Part shown: positions 52,998-62,379 of the stretch, one piece after another | Numbering within the stretch: the stretch's first letter is position 1 | How the letters are laid out: the number at the start of each line of letters is the position of its first letter | DNA from: an uncultured virus (IMG/VR IMGVR_UViG_3300044506_000040) | Lineage: Duplodnaviria > Heunggongvirae > Uroviricota > Caudoviricetes | DNA: 64,000 nt | Strand: one strand, 5' to 3' | IMG/VR virus record: IMGVR_UViG_3300044506_000040 | Notes under the pieces: generated by a model | Told to the model about the DNA's origin: nothing | The model's input: the letters and a program-made list of their open reading frames with translations, nothing else | Database searches by the model: none | Program-made: the position numbers and the translations under genes

Positions 52998-53426
52998 ATG
53001 AACAGCAGGATCTATCCGTGTCCCCACGAACGTTGCGGCGGCTCCATCCAGATCGGTGAAGGATACGTTCGTAACATCTTGGCCTCGAACGCCGACAACA
53101 AAGGGCCGGCTAGCACCACCTGTGTGGCGTGCAATAAGGGCGTCTTCTTCTATACGGCGTCGACCGGTGACGAGCTCGAGGCACGAGCCACGGGTCCGGT
53201 CAACAAGCTGAAGATCGCCCACTCGATCACGTCGCTGTTTGAGCACGCGATTCGTGAAGCGATCAACCAGCGCGTGCATGTGGAACTGAAGACGATCGTC
53301 GAAGACGGCAGGCTGGCGCGTTATGAATTGCAAGCATGCCACAAAGCCACACCTGGTGGCGAGAACAGCAAGGACACGTACGTGCTGCTCATGAACGTGC
53401 CGTACTACAGGGAAGACGTCCAGTGA
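52998..53426 (+). CDS. Zn-binding hypothetical protein
   Basis: CPHERC and CVAC. Confidence 0.6.
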   Translation: MNSRIYPCPHERCGGSIQIGEGYVRNILASNADNKGPASTTCVACNKGVFFYTASTGDELEARATGPVNKLKIAHSITSLFEHAIREAINQRVHVELKTIVEDGRLARYELQACHKATPGGENSKDTYVLLMNVPYYREDVQ

Positions 53427-53986
53427 GCGAGTACTGGATTCCGCCTGACGAAGATTGGGTGCGCGCACAGGCGCGCATCGCCATGATCGGGTATGAGCCA
53501 CCCGAGATCACCCCCGAGATGATCGGGGTGTATTGCAACGGACCGCGTCCTGACCCCAAGGACATGGCCATGAATCCCCACTACATCACGCCCGAGCAAT
53601 TCGGGTACAAGGAGAAGGAAATGAGCAAACAGAAGATCCGCGTGCGCGTCATGTACCATCTGGCTGATCCGGTCCTGATGGGCACGCATGACAGTCTCGC
53701 CCGTGAATACTCGTACGAGACGGAAATCGACACGGCAGCTGCTACCCACAGCCGCTTCAATCCCATGGAATTCGAAGCGCGCAATCGCGTGGCGGTCCAT
53801 CTGGAAGACCAGCGCGACGAACACGGCAATGCGCCGTGGGTGGAAATCGACCAGATCGCGTACCAGTATCCGGAAGAAGGCCTCATGGATCGCTGGTACT
53901 ACGTCACGCTGATGAACCTGCGGGACCTGATCGCGATGTACCAGCAGCAGTATCTGGAAGCCACCGTCACGCCGAACACGTGGTAA
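53423..53986 (+). CDS. Hypothetical protein (alternative start 53621)
   Basis: GTGA overlap start; strong internal in-frame RBS/ATG. Confidence 0.55.
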   Translation: MSEYWIPPDEDWVRAQARIAMIGYEPPEITPEMIGVYCNGPRPDPKDMAMNPHYITPEQFGYKEKEMSKQKIRVRVMYHLADPVLMGTHDSLAREYSYETEIDTAAATHSRFNPMEFEARNRVAVHLEDQRDEHGNAPWVEIDQIAYQYPEEGLMDRWYYVTLMNLRDLIAMYQQQYLEATVTPNTW

Positions 53987-54090
53987 AGCCGTAAAGTAGT
54001 AAATTACTGCCTCGAGGTATGCTTATGGCGTGCCAAGAGGCAGCAGTAGTATCGTAAAACCAAAACACAACGAAGGATAAAGAAAAGCAA

Positions 54091-55794
54091 ATGGAAAACG
54101 TTTTGAACGCATTGACGCCGAACACGCTGTCGCTCGGCGATGACAACGATTACGCAGCATTTGTCGAACACCTGAAGAAGACGCTGCTTCTGAATAAGCG
54201 CGCCTTCGGCAAGTCGCTGTTTCAAACCGCAAAGAACGCGCGCGGTGTGCCGGGTGCTACCGAAGACGGCCCGATCGATCTCAAGCAGATCTTCCTGTCG
54301 GCCTTCCCGGATTCGCGTCGCCAGCACTACACCTGCCGTTGCTGCACCACGTTCGTGGACCGCTTCGGCTCGCTCGTCTACATCGACGACGAAGGCAAGC
54401 TGCGCTCGGCCATCTGGGACGCCGCGACCTTCAACTCGGACAACTTCTTCTACTCGATCGTCGCGCTCATGCAGTCGATCGTCGAGTCGGGCACCGTGAC
54501 GGGCTCGTTCAAGACGCAGCACATGGTCTTGGGCGCACCGGTGTCGGGCGGCTGGAATCACATGTACGTGGAAATGGAACGTGACATGCTCGCGTTCATG
54601 CCGCACAAGTCGCCGGAGCAACAAGCCGCAATCGTGGCCGAGGACTTCAAGATGCTGACCTACCGTCTGGGTCTGCCGGAGTACTCGCTGGCGAACCTGA
54701 CGAAGCTGCAAACGATCCTCGAAGCCGACGTGCTGCAAAACCAGAACGTCATCAAGGGGCCGGCAACGTTCCTCTTCCGTCTGGCAAAGGCGCGCGAAGC
54801 CACGAAGAACACGAACGTGCAGAACAACCTCGTCTGGAAGGCCGCTTCGACGGCGTCGGCGGGTCTCATGCACTCGGACGTGTGCGACAACGTGCTCGAA
54901 ATGCTGAACAAGGGTGCGGACTTCGACGCGATCAAGAAGCGCTTCGGCAAGATCACGCAAGCGGACACGTACCGTCGTTCGCAAGCGCCGGCGGCCGATG
55001 GTGCCATCGAAGCAGCGGAAAAGTTCTTCACGGAAAACGGCTACGCCGATTCGCTGCGTCGTCGTCTGGCGCTGCCGGCGGACATCCCGGAAGCGGAAGT
55101 GATCTGGCGTCCGAAGGAAGTCGCAGCAGCGGTGGCAACGACTGCGTCGCTGTTCGGTCACATGAAGCAGGAAAAGAAGGCGGCTGCGCAAGAAGCCACC
55201 ATCGACCTGCCGCGTACGAACATGTCGTGGAACAAGTTCGTCGAAGAAGTCCTGCCGAAGGCGCTGAAGCTCGAGATCAAGGTCCCGGCTCACGAGTTCT
55301 TCGCAGGTCTGGCTACGGCGGCTGTTGCCGAATCGCCGGTGCTGTACTTCTACGAGAACCACGTTTCGCCGTACGCGAAGATGGGCAAGGACCGCTGGAC
55401 CGAGAAGCCGCTGCCGGTTCCGGCTGAAAACTGGAACCTCACGCCGAATTCGTGGCACCCGGTGGACTCGCTCATCCCGATGCCGCACATGTGGGGTGGC
55501 CAGAAGCACGCGCACATGAAGGAGCAGCTCCTCTTCGTGTTGCCGGGCGCGTACGACGTGTCGGCAGTGGATCACGGTCAAGTCGGCTCGGCGGTGTTCC
55601 CGCAGCTGCTGAAGCCGGAATTCCACGAGTACTCGGCAGTCATCAACCAGTTCTCGAACACGGCGGCTTTCGAAGCGACGACGAAGGAACAGGTTGCCGG
55701 TCTGGCAATCACGCGTTCGGCGACGGAACAACGTCTGCTGCGCGTGACGACGGAACTCGGCCAGCGTGAAGTGCTGATCGATCGCTGGGAATAA
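54091..55794 (+). CDS. Large hypothetical protein with Cys/His motif
   Basis: 567 aa; QHYTCRCCTTFV and GGWNHM suggest a metal site; strong codon bias. Confidence 0.8.
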   Translation: MENVLNALTPNTLSLGDDNDYAAFVEHLKKTLLLNKRAFGKSLFQTAKNARGVPGATEDGPIDLKQIFLSAFPDSRRQHYTCRCCTTFVDRFGSLVYIDDEGKLRSAIWDAATFNSDNFFYSIVALMQSIVESGTVTGSFKTQHMVLGAPVSGGWNHMYVEMERDMLAFMPHKSPEQQAAIVAEDFKMLTYRLGLPEYSLANLTKLQTILEADVLQNQNVIKGPATFLFRLAKAREATKNTNVQNNLVWKAASTASAGLMHSDVCDNVLEMLNKGADFDAIKKRFGKITQADTYRRSQAPAADGAIEAAEKFFTENGYADSLRRRLALPADIPEAEVIWRPKEVAAAVATTASLFGHMKQEKKAAAQEATIDLPRTNMSWNKFVEEVLPKALKLEIKVPAHEFFAGLATAAVAESPVLYFYENHVSPYAKMGKDRWTEKPLPVPAENWNLTPNSWHPVDSLIPMPHMWGGQKHAHMKEQLLFVLPGAYDVSAVDHGQVGSAVFPQLLKPEFHEYSAVINQFSNTAAFEATTKEQVAGLAITRSATEQRLLRVTTELGQREVLIDRWE

Positions 55795-55807
55795 GAAGAA
55801 CTACATG

Positions 55808-55854
55808 AAGCACGGTCCGGGGAGCGGTTTGCCCTGGGCCGGGCTTTATGCCTT
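55808..55854 (+). terminator. Hairpin + TTTATGCCT element
   Basis: Imperfect GC stem CGGTCCGGG/CCTGGGCCG, then GCTTTATGCCT. Confidence 0.55.
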
Positions 55855-55877
55855 TAACTAATAAACCAAGGAGCAGC

Positions 55878-56270
55878 ATGAATACCCCCGACAAGAAGCA
55901 CCCCCTTGTAACGGCAGTTGAAGCCACTCTCCCCAGGCGTGAGGCGCGGTTCGACTTCATGCGTGCTTACGATGATGGCATTCGCGATTCGGTCAAGGCG
56001 CTGGAAACCGCCCTGCTCGAATTGCATACCAACATGTCCTTTGGTTGGGTCGTGCGCCGTCGCTACAAAGATGGCGATCAACACAAATTTCTGTACATGC
56101 GCTGCGGTGATGGCGCGTGGCGTGACGACATGATCGGCCGGCACTGGAGTAACGTGCCCTCGGATGCCGAGATCTTCCCCACGGATTTCATGGTGACTGT
56201 GTTGGAGAAGTTGCAGGAAGTGCTCCCGCATGAGCGCTGCGAAGCCATCGAACTGTTCACTGCCATTTAA
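55878..56270 (+). CDS. Hypothetical protein
   Basis: AACCAAGGAG leader before ATG 55878. Confidence 0.68.
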   Translation: MNTPDKKHPLVTAVEATLPRREARFDFMRAYDDGIRDSVKALETALLELHTNMSFGWVVRRRYKDGDQHKFLYMRCGDGAWRDDMIGRHWSNVPSDAEIFPTDFMVTVLEKLQEVLPHERCEAIELFTAI

Positions 56271-56280
56271 GGAGAATACC

Positions 56281-56688
56281 GTGGCCGTTTCTATGGCCGA
56301 GCTCGACATGTTGATTGAGGACGATACAGCGAAGATTTTCGAATACGTTCTCGATCACGGCATTGAGCCGGAAAAGCAAGCGCAGTACATCCATGGACGC
56401 TTGACTGCGTTCTACGCACGGGCAGCCGCCTTGCCCGATTTCAGTCACGACTGGGGTTGTGGGGTTGCGTTGTCGGTGCGTACCCAGCTGGAGCTCACGG
56501 AAGGCAGCGAAGCCTATGGGCACGTGATCTTCTGGAAGGGCGGGCCGACGATGTACGACGTGGGTGAGTGTCGTCGCACCTACGCCGAGAAGATGAACAT
56601 CGGCGTGATTCTGCTGGAATGCAATCCGGCGGGCAGGATCATCGATTGCCGGGAACTGAATGTTAACAAACGAATCTTCTTCGAATAA
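56281..56688 (+). CDS. Hypothetical protein
   Basis: TAAGGAG RBS before GTG 56281. Confidence 0.62.
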   Translation: MAVSMAELDMLIEDDTAKIFEYVLDHGIEPEKQAQYIHGRLTAFYARAAALPDFSHDWGCGVALSVRTQLELTEGSEAYGHVIFWKGGPTMYDVGECRRTYAEKMNIGVILLECNPAGRIIDCRELNVNKRIFFE

Positions 56689-56697
56689 GGGGGATGT

Positions 56698-57318
56698 GTG
56701 GCACGTATATCTAGTCTGATTCTCCGCACACCGGAGGAGTTCACCAAAGCACGGGAATACAGCGACAAGCTGATGGAGCCGCTCCGGGCTGACCACAGCG
56801 CGATGATGAGCGCGGCATGGGATGCCTATCGGGCAACCGGCGAGAAGATCCCGTACATGTGCAGCATGGCCACGCTCGACGGGGCGCCGACTCGTGTCTT
56901 GCAACGCGGGTTGGACATCTGGCGCGATCTGCACAAGCGTGGTATCTACATCACGACGCACTGCAAGGGTTTCTTGGATCACACCAAGGCGATGTCGGCA
57001 GATACGGAAGTGTCGGAAGACATCAACAACTTCGCAGTGACCGTGACCGCGGCTGCCCTGAAGAGTGCCACGAATGTACCGTTGCATGTGGATGTCGACT
57101 TCGTGATTCGCATGACGCCGGCGACCTTCCTCATGACGGACACGACACAGCGGGCGAAGCGGGGCTGGCGATTTGACATGCTGGCTACCATCGGTCATGA
57201 GTCGGTGGATGCCTACTGTTATTTCGAAACGCGCTTCGATGGCAAGATCGTGGCGCTGCATCTGGAAGACGACGTGCGTTGCTGGACCGAAACGCGTACC
57301 TACATCGTGCAAGCATAA
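56698..57318 (+). CDS. Hypothetical protein
   Basis: AAGGGGG RBS, GTG start. Confidence 0.65.
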   Translation: MARISSLILRTPEEFTKAREYSDKLMEPLRADHSAMMSAAWDAYRATGEKIPYMCSMATLDGAPTRVLQRGLDIWRDLHKRGIYITTHCKGFLDHTKAMSADTEVSEDINNFAVTVTAAALKSATNVPLHVDVDFVIRMTPATFLMTDTTQRAKRGWRFDMLATIGHESVDAYCYFETRFDGKIVALHLEDDVRCWTETRTYIVQA

Positions 57319-57328
57319 GGAGAACGCA

Positions 57329-57667
57329 ATGCCGCGACACTTTCACCCCCAAGAGCGCAAGCTCTTTGAACTCCTGCGTGAAGAGCGGGAACTGCTGCAA
57401 GGGTTTCTGAATCGGCCGCCTAAGGGTCCGAAGCGCTTGGGTCAACTCGAAGTCCTGATCTTCACGATCACCAAGCGCGTCGCGCCGTTCTATAAGGAAG
57501 GCCAAGGCATGGCTGCCCCCGACCTTGTCCTGATTGATCAGGCGACCGAACTGCTCTCCGGTCTGGAAGATGCCATGGACGCAGCCAAGCAGCGTGCGTA
57601 TCGGGCGCGCATGAACTGCAACCTGATGTACACCGGTGCCGGCGCAGTACAACACCCTGAAGAATAA
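57329..57667 (+). CDS. Hypothetical protein
   Basis: TAAGGAG RBS before ATG 57329. Confidence 0.65.
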   Translation: MPRHFHPQERKLFELLREERELLQGFLNRPPKGPKRLGQLEVLIFTITKRVAPFYKEGQGMAAPDLVLIDQATELLSGLEDAMDAAKQRAYRARMNCNLMYTGAGAVQHPEE

Positions 57668-57679
57668 AGGAGAACCAAG

Positions 57680-58021
57680 ATGGCAATCGAAGAACTGAAA
57701 AGTATCGACGACCTGAAGGTGTGGCTCAAAGCGCACTGCAATGAGCCGCGTATCACCGACTATCTGGATGGCTTCACGCAGGGTGTGGTAGAGAGTCTTT
57801 CGAATGCGGGCGCCACCAAGGTCGAGTTCCAGTTCATTCTGGAAGAAACGAAACGCAACAATGGTCAGGTGGCTGGTTACTTGTTGTTGTTGAAAGCTCT
57901 TGCCGATACGAATAAGACCCCGACCGGCTCGGAATCCGTCTGGCCCGTGCGTTCACACGTGGTCTACTATCTAGTGGATAACAACGAGAAGATCATTGGT
58001 TATCTCCTGCCGCCGCGCTAA
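57680..58021 (+). CDS. Hypothetical protein
   Basis: AAGGAG RBS. Confidence 0.65.
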   Translation: MAIEELKSIDDLKVWLKAHCNEPRITDYLDGFTQGVVESLSNAGATKVEFQFILEETKRNNGQVAGYLLLLKALADTNKTPTGSESVWPVRSHVVYYLVDNNEKIIGYLLPPR

Positions 58022-58049
58022 CGGCATAAAGCCCGGGGAAACCCCGGGC
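58021..58049 (-). terminator. Hairpin + TTTATGCCGT element downstream of the protease gene
   Basis: Reverse strand reads GCCCGGGG-TTT-CCCCGGGC-TTTATGCCGT, between convergent genes. Confidence 0.72.
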
Positions 58050-58065
58050 GGTACTTCAGGCTAGC

Positions 58066-58902
58066 TTAGCCAGCGATCGACGTGATGACCCAGAAGTCTT
58101 CAGCGAGTTCCGGGTTCATCATGAACTCGTACGGCAGCCAGAACGAACCGGTTTCTGCCGAACCCGGCCATGCCGGCGGATAGACGTTGCCCCAGCTGTT
58201 ACGCACGAGGAACGCTTGCTTGGCATCGTCGTAACCCACGACGAGCACAGCGTGACCACCCATGCATTGTTCGAGCATGGTGTTGGGCATCGGAATCATA
58301 CCCGTCGACATCGCCGAGTCGGACTCGAACGATTCGTAGACCGTGATACCGATCACGATCGGACGGTTGAACACAGCCAGCACGTGCTTGAACGACGCGA
58401 GCGTTTGCGGCACGGCTTGGTATTGCAGGGCCTTGTGCTTCAGACCTTCCGCGTAGGCTTCGAGCGACGGCTTCACCGTGAACTGCGTGGGACCATCGTC
58501 GTACGGCCACGTGGCTTCGAGCGGCGCACCGTATTGGCCGGCAACCTTGATCACATCGCGGATTTCCCCACCCGCGTCTTGACCGATGTCGCCTTCGAGC
58601 GCACGTTCGTTGTAGTACAGGAACAGACGCGACAGCTGCACTGCCGAGTCGTTGTTGTTCTGGATGTTCTCTTCGTACTCGAGAGCACCCGCGCAGGCGT
58701 TGGCCGTGCAGGAGCCGAGGTTGCCCTGATCGAAGACCGGACCGCAGTGCGGCGTGAGGTCGACTTTCGGAGGAACCGCAGCAGCACCGAACGTCAGGTG
58801 ACCGTGATACTTGTGGTCACGCACATCGAGCGTCTTCTTCTTGCGATTGTAGACGCGCGTGGCTTTCGTCGGTGCAACAGGAGTCTTTTGCTCGTGATGC
58901 AT
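58066..58902 (-). CDS. C1 (papain-family) cysteine protease
   Basis: DQGNLGSCTANA (Cys), SRLFLYY, GGHAVLVVGYD (His), FLVRNSWG (Asn); TAAGGA RBS. Confidence 0.92.
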   Translation of the reverse strand: MHHEQKTPVAPTKATRVYNRKKKTLDVRDHKYHGHLTFGAAAVPPKVDLTPHCGPVFDQGNLGSCTANACAGALEYEENIQNNNDSAVQLSRLFLYYNERALEGDIGQDAGGEIRDVIKVAGQYGAPLEATWPYDDGPTQFTVKPSLEAYAEGLKHKALQYQAVPQTLASFKHVLAVFNRPIVIGITVYESFESDSAMSTGMIPMPNTMLEQCMGGHAVLVVGYDDAKQAFLVRNSWGNVYPPAWPGSAETGSFWLPYEFMMNPELAEDFWVITSIAG

Positions 58903-58990
58903 GAAACAGTCCTTACGGTTGTAAAGGGGCTGGTGAATATCACCACATGATTTTAGTATTTTAATAACCTACAAACCAAGGAGCTTCATC

Positions 58991-59416
58991 GTGACCAAGC
59001 AAGAACAACTCGCATGGCAGTTTCTGTTTCGCCGCATCCGCACGGCACTTAGTCACATGCACGAAGGTGGAGCACTCAATTCCATCATGAGTGAGCGCGA
59101 TCAGCTCGCCAACCGCACCAACGAAAAACTGTTCGCGAAGACGGACGAGGAACTGATTGCACGTGGCATGGATATCGAGCAGATCATCAGGTACACGGCT
59201 AATCTGGAAGCACAGGTCTCAGCCTTACTCTACGAGGCTATTCGCACGCACGACATGTCAGTGTCTATAGTCGCTGCGAGCTGTAGGAAGACTACGCTTT
59301 GGGTTCGCGAACAGATCAAATGGCGAGAACGGGTGCTGCTCGTGAATGCCGCTCTCGAAACACAACACAACCGCAGCGAACTCATGGCGCTTGCTTGGGC
59401 CATTGCTCACAACTAG
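58991..59416 (+). CDS. Hypothetical protein
   Basis: AACCAAGGAG leader, GTG start. Confidence 0.65.
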   Translation: MTKQEQLAWQFLFRRIRTALSHMHEGGALNSIMSERDQLANRTNEKLFAKTDEELIARGMDIEQIIRYTANLEAQVSALLYEAIRTHDMSVSIVAASCRKTTLWVREQIKWRERVLLVNAALETQHNRSELMALAWAIAHN

Positions 59417-59424
59417 GAGCCGAC

Positions 59425-59799
59425 ATGAAAGAGTTCAATGTGCAGGCACTGCTGGATCAGATTGAAGCCACTGTGGTGCCAGAACTTCCCCACGATCATC
59501 ACCCCATCCAGCTGGAGCGTTACGTCGCTGCTGTACTCAGTCAGATCATCCTCGTCACGAGCGAGGAAGAGCGCAAGCATCTGTGTCTGACGGCGTTGCT
59601 CGAAGCCCAGCGTCTGAACCAGAGCATGATGGAATTCACGACGTATGTGGGCAACATCACCATCGACAAGTTCAATAAGTTCTCGGATGAACAAAAAGTG
59701 GCGATGACGCATCTGAATACGCTCGTGCAACGTAGCGCAGCGATTGCGCACGTGTACGTCCTCACCATGGCCGCTGTGATCGGCAAGCCCATCAAATAA
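59425..59799 (+). CDS. Hypothetical protein, paralog of 62451-62840
   Basis: AGGAG RBS; IEATVVPELP and VQRSxAI shared. Confidence 0.7.
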   Translation: MKEFNVQALLDQIEATVVPELPHDHHPIQLERYVAAVLSQIILVTSEEERKHLCLTALLEAQRLNQSMMEFTTYVGNITIDKFNKFSDEQKVAMTHLNTLVQRSAAIAHVYVLTMAAVIGKPIK

Positions 59800-59808
59800 G
59801 GAGTCAGT

Positions 59809-60231
59809 ATGTCGACGGTAGAAAAGAAACTGGTCATCGGCAATGTGTTGCAGGCCTACAAGGACTTCCTCGCCTTCTTCCCGCTGAAGGTCATCCGTAC
59901 GCCGGAAGAGTACAACGTGATGGTGCAGCACGCCAATGGTCTCGTCGATTTGGGCGCGCATGTGGAAGGACACGAACTGCACGATCTGTACGTGATCGCC
60001 ACGGAACTGATCTACGGCTGGGACAAGCAGAGTGAACCGCCTGTCGCAACGCCGCGTGAACTCCTGAAGTACCTGATGGATGCGCACAAGCTCAAGCAGA
60101 AGGATCTGTCGGACTGCATGCATCCGTCGGTCGTCAGTGACTTCCTGAGCGGGCGTCGTAACCTGAGCAAGGCTTCGGCGATCAAGTTGGCTGCACGCTT
60201 CTGTGTTTCCGTGGACGCTTTTTTGGAGTAA
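59809..60231 (+). CDS. HigA-like antitoxin / XRE HTH protein
   Basis: IRTPEEY...PRELLKYLMDAHKLKQKDL...SVVSDFLSGRRNLS...KLAARFCVSVDAF. Confidence 0.82.
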   Translation: MSTVEKKLVIGNVLQAYKDFLAFFPLKVIRTPEEYNVMVQHANGLVDLGAHVEGHELHDLYVIATELIYGWDKQSEPPVATPRELLKYLMDAHKLKQKDLSDCMHPSVVSDFLSGRRNLSKASAIKLAARFCVSVDAFLE

Positions 60232-60234
60232 GGA

Positions 60235-60513
60235 ATGCCGGCAACAATTGCTTGGATCTTCGGGATCTGTTTTACCTGCGGGATTGTGAGTATGGGCATG
60301 TACATCCGCGCGGACTTTAAGCGCGAGTTGAGCGTGGTGTCATATTCGGAAACGATCACGTACGGCATGCGGCAAGTCACCACGAGTCACGTGGACATCG
60401 AAGAGAATGAACCCCCGGGGAATAAGCACAAGCGCTATGCGTGGTTTAGCACCGGCATGATCTTTCTGCTTAGCGGTATCGTCGCGCTCGCCTTATCACA
60501 ACCAAATATCTAA
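60235..60513 (+). CDS. Small membrane protein
   Basis: Two TM segments. Confidence 0.55.
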   Translation: MPATIAWIFGICFTCGIVSMGMYIRADFKRELSVVSYSETITYGMRQVTTSHVDIEENEPPGNKHKRYAWFSTGMIFLLSGIVALALSQPNI

Positions 60514-60526
60514 GGAGTAAGAACAA

Positions 60527-61144
60527 ATGGCTGCAATCAGTGGCGAATTTTCAACCTGGCTGTACAACAACAAGCCATATTCGGTCGAGGGCAGCCTCCC
60601 GTTCGAGCTGGGTAAGTCGTATCCGCGCCGCGACGGCAAGATGGTGAAGATCATCGGCATCAACACTCAACGCGGCTACGAGACGATTCAAGGCGATGAC
60701 GCAGAAGCTGATGCGCTGGGTTGGCGCTACAACCGCGACTCCGACCGTGGCCGTTGCACGGGTTCACTCAGCGATGACCCGCACAACCTGCTCCCCGACT
60801 TTGCCCCCGGTAGCTTGCACAACGGCAAGGGCTTCTTCATCAAAGTTTCGATGATGGGGGCGAACAAGAGCGAGTACGAGCGTAACATCTTCCGTCAGAT
60901 GCTCAACCTCGAACACGAGTTGACGGACATCCGTTACGCAGCTAAGACGCCCGAGGACTGGAAGGCGGCCTACGCAAAGGTCTTCACAGGAGGGATGTGC
61001 AGCCGCTTCTGGCAGCTGTGTGAGGCCATGGAGTGGAATTTCACGTGGTGCGATCCGGACTCGGACTACGATGATGACGTACGCGCTTACACGTGGGCGG
61101 TCACCGAATTCCTCGAAGACAAGCGGGCGTTCTACTCGGTATGA
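60527..61144 (+). CDS. Hypothetical two-domain protein
   Basis: TAAGGAG RBS; ELGKSYPRRDG and WCDPDSDYDDDVRAY motifs. Confidence 0.7.
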   Translation: MAAISGEFSTWLYNNKPYSVEGSLPFELGKSYPRRDGKMVKIIGINTQRGYETIQGDDAEADALGWRYNRDSDRGRCTGSLSDDPHNLLPDFAPGSLHNGKGFFIKVSMMGANKSEYERNIFRQMLNLEHELTDIRYAAKTPEDWKAAYAKVFTGGMCSRFWQLCEAMEWNFTWCDPDSDYDDDVRAYTWAVTEFLEDKRAFYSV

Positions 61145-61275
61145 GCTTCTACCGTCGCCGCTGGTACGACGTAGTCGGGGACATCCTCGCCTACGCGTGC
61201 CTCATTGAAGCCAGCGGGCTTCTCTCCTTGCTCGTGATCTTTCTCGGGTTGCTCGTCTACTGGATTTTCTCATAA
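61141..61275 (+). CDS. Small membrane peptide
   Basis: ATGA overlap; hydrophobic C-terminus. Confidence 0.45.
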   Translation: MSFYRRRWYDVVGDILAYACLIEASGLLSLLVIFLGLLVYWIFS

Positions 61276-61280
61276 CCAAC

Positions 61281-61793
61281 ATGGAACAGATTCAAATCAA
61301 CCACACCAAGATCTTCGGGGACATCGACATGATGTTCACGTATCTCTTGGAAATGCAGTTGCCGGTGAAGATGCGTCTTGCTACCGCCACGGGAACCAAG
61401 ATTCGTCTGGCCACCGATGTGATTGAAGTCTCACTCACGGCGATCGATTCGAACAGCCCGGGGGCGGTCGCCGGTATTACGTTCTACTACCCGCCTCGTG
61501 CCCCGGTAGATGCGCCTCTGCAAATGCGTTTCTATCTGAACGCTGCTCGCGAACACCAATGCATCGAATGGCGGGTGCCGCCCCACAGTCATCGCGCCAT
61601 GGCAGTGCTCGTGGCATGGTGGTTCCTGACGTCGACGTATGCACCCAACGTCCGCACAGATGTGGCGACGCTCTTCAAGCAGGACAACATGCCACCTGTG
61701 CGCAACGAAGAACGTAACGAAATCCGCACCTTTGTCCAACTCCTCGACGCTTACATTTCCGGTGAGCGCCAAAAACAAAAGGAAGTCGCATGA
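61281..61793 (+). CDS. Hypothetical protein
   Basis: 170-aa ORF in operon. Confidence 0.62.
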   Translation: MEQIQINHTKIFGDIDMMFTYLLEMQLPVKMRLATATGTKIRLATDVIEVSLTAIDSNSPGAVAGITFYYPPRAPVDAPLQMRFYLNAAREHQCIEWRVPPHSHRAMAVLVAWWFLTSTYAPNVRTDVATLFKQDNMPPVRNEERNEIRTFVQLLDAYISGERQKQKEVA

Positions 61794-62377
61794 GCATCAT
61801 TCGCAGCTACAACGCATTTCTGAACGACTCGATCCACGAGATCATCATGGACATCGAGGAACGCGGCAAGATCTACGGTCTGCCCAACATCGGCATGTTC
61901 GAGAACAACTCGAACCTCATTGTGCGCGGCGAGCCGATCACGTCGATTAGCATGATGCCCGACGACATCCATGCCATGGCCAACATTGGCGACGGCCAGA
62001 TGGCTAGCGAGATGACCATCAACATCTCGTTTTACAAGAAGCGCACCGATCTGCCGCCGGGCAAGCAGGAATGGAAGTGCGTGACGCGTATCAAGTCCGA
62101 ACAGGGCAATCTCTCGCGTGCGTCGCTTGTCATGGCGATGATGTTCTTCGACATGCGTGGCTGGTTCGACTCGACCGAAGAAGCCGTGTCGCATGAGCGT
62201 GCGCGTGATTGGGCCGAGAAGTATTTCCCGGGCTACGAGGACGACGCCGAGATGTTGCTTGAAGGAATCGCCAAGCTCAGCGTGGACTACAACCGCTGGA
62301 GCGACGGCACGCTCACGAACAAGGAAGGCAATACGAAGATGCCCGGTTTCCACCACGGCATTTTCTTCTTCGAATAA
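61790..62377 (+). CDS. Hypothetical protein
   Basis: ATGA overlap; 195 aa. Confidence 0.68.
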   Translation: MSIIRSYNAFLNDSIHEIIMDIEERGKIYGLPNIGMFENNSNLIVRGEPITSISMMPDDIHAMANIGDGQMASEMTINISFYKKRTDLPPGKQEWKCVTRIKSEQGNLSRASLVMAMMFFDMRGWFDSTEEAVSHERARDWAEKYFPGYEDDAEMLLEGIAKLSVDYNRWSDGTLTNKEGNTKMPGFHHGIFFFE

Positions 62378-62379
62378 GG

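Noticed and set aside
1414..55731. Many long minus-strand ORFs (e.g. 1414-3285, 3511-5283, 23046-25148, 43585-45489, 54004-55731)
   Set aside because: Arg/His-rich antisense shadows of strongly codon-biased + strand genes, with no recognisable motifs.
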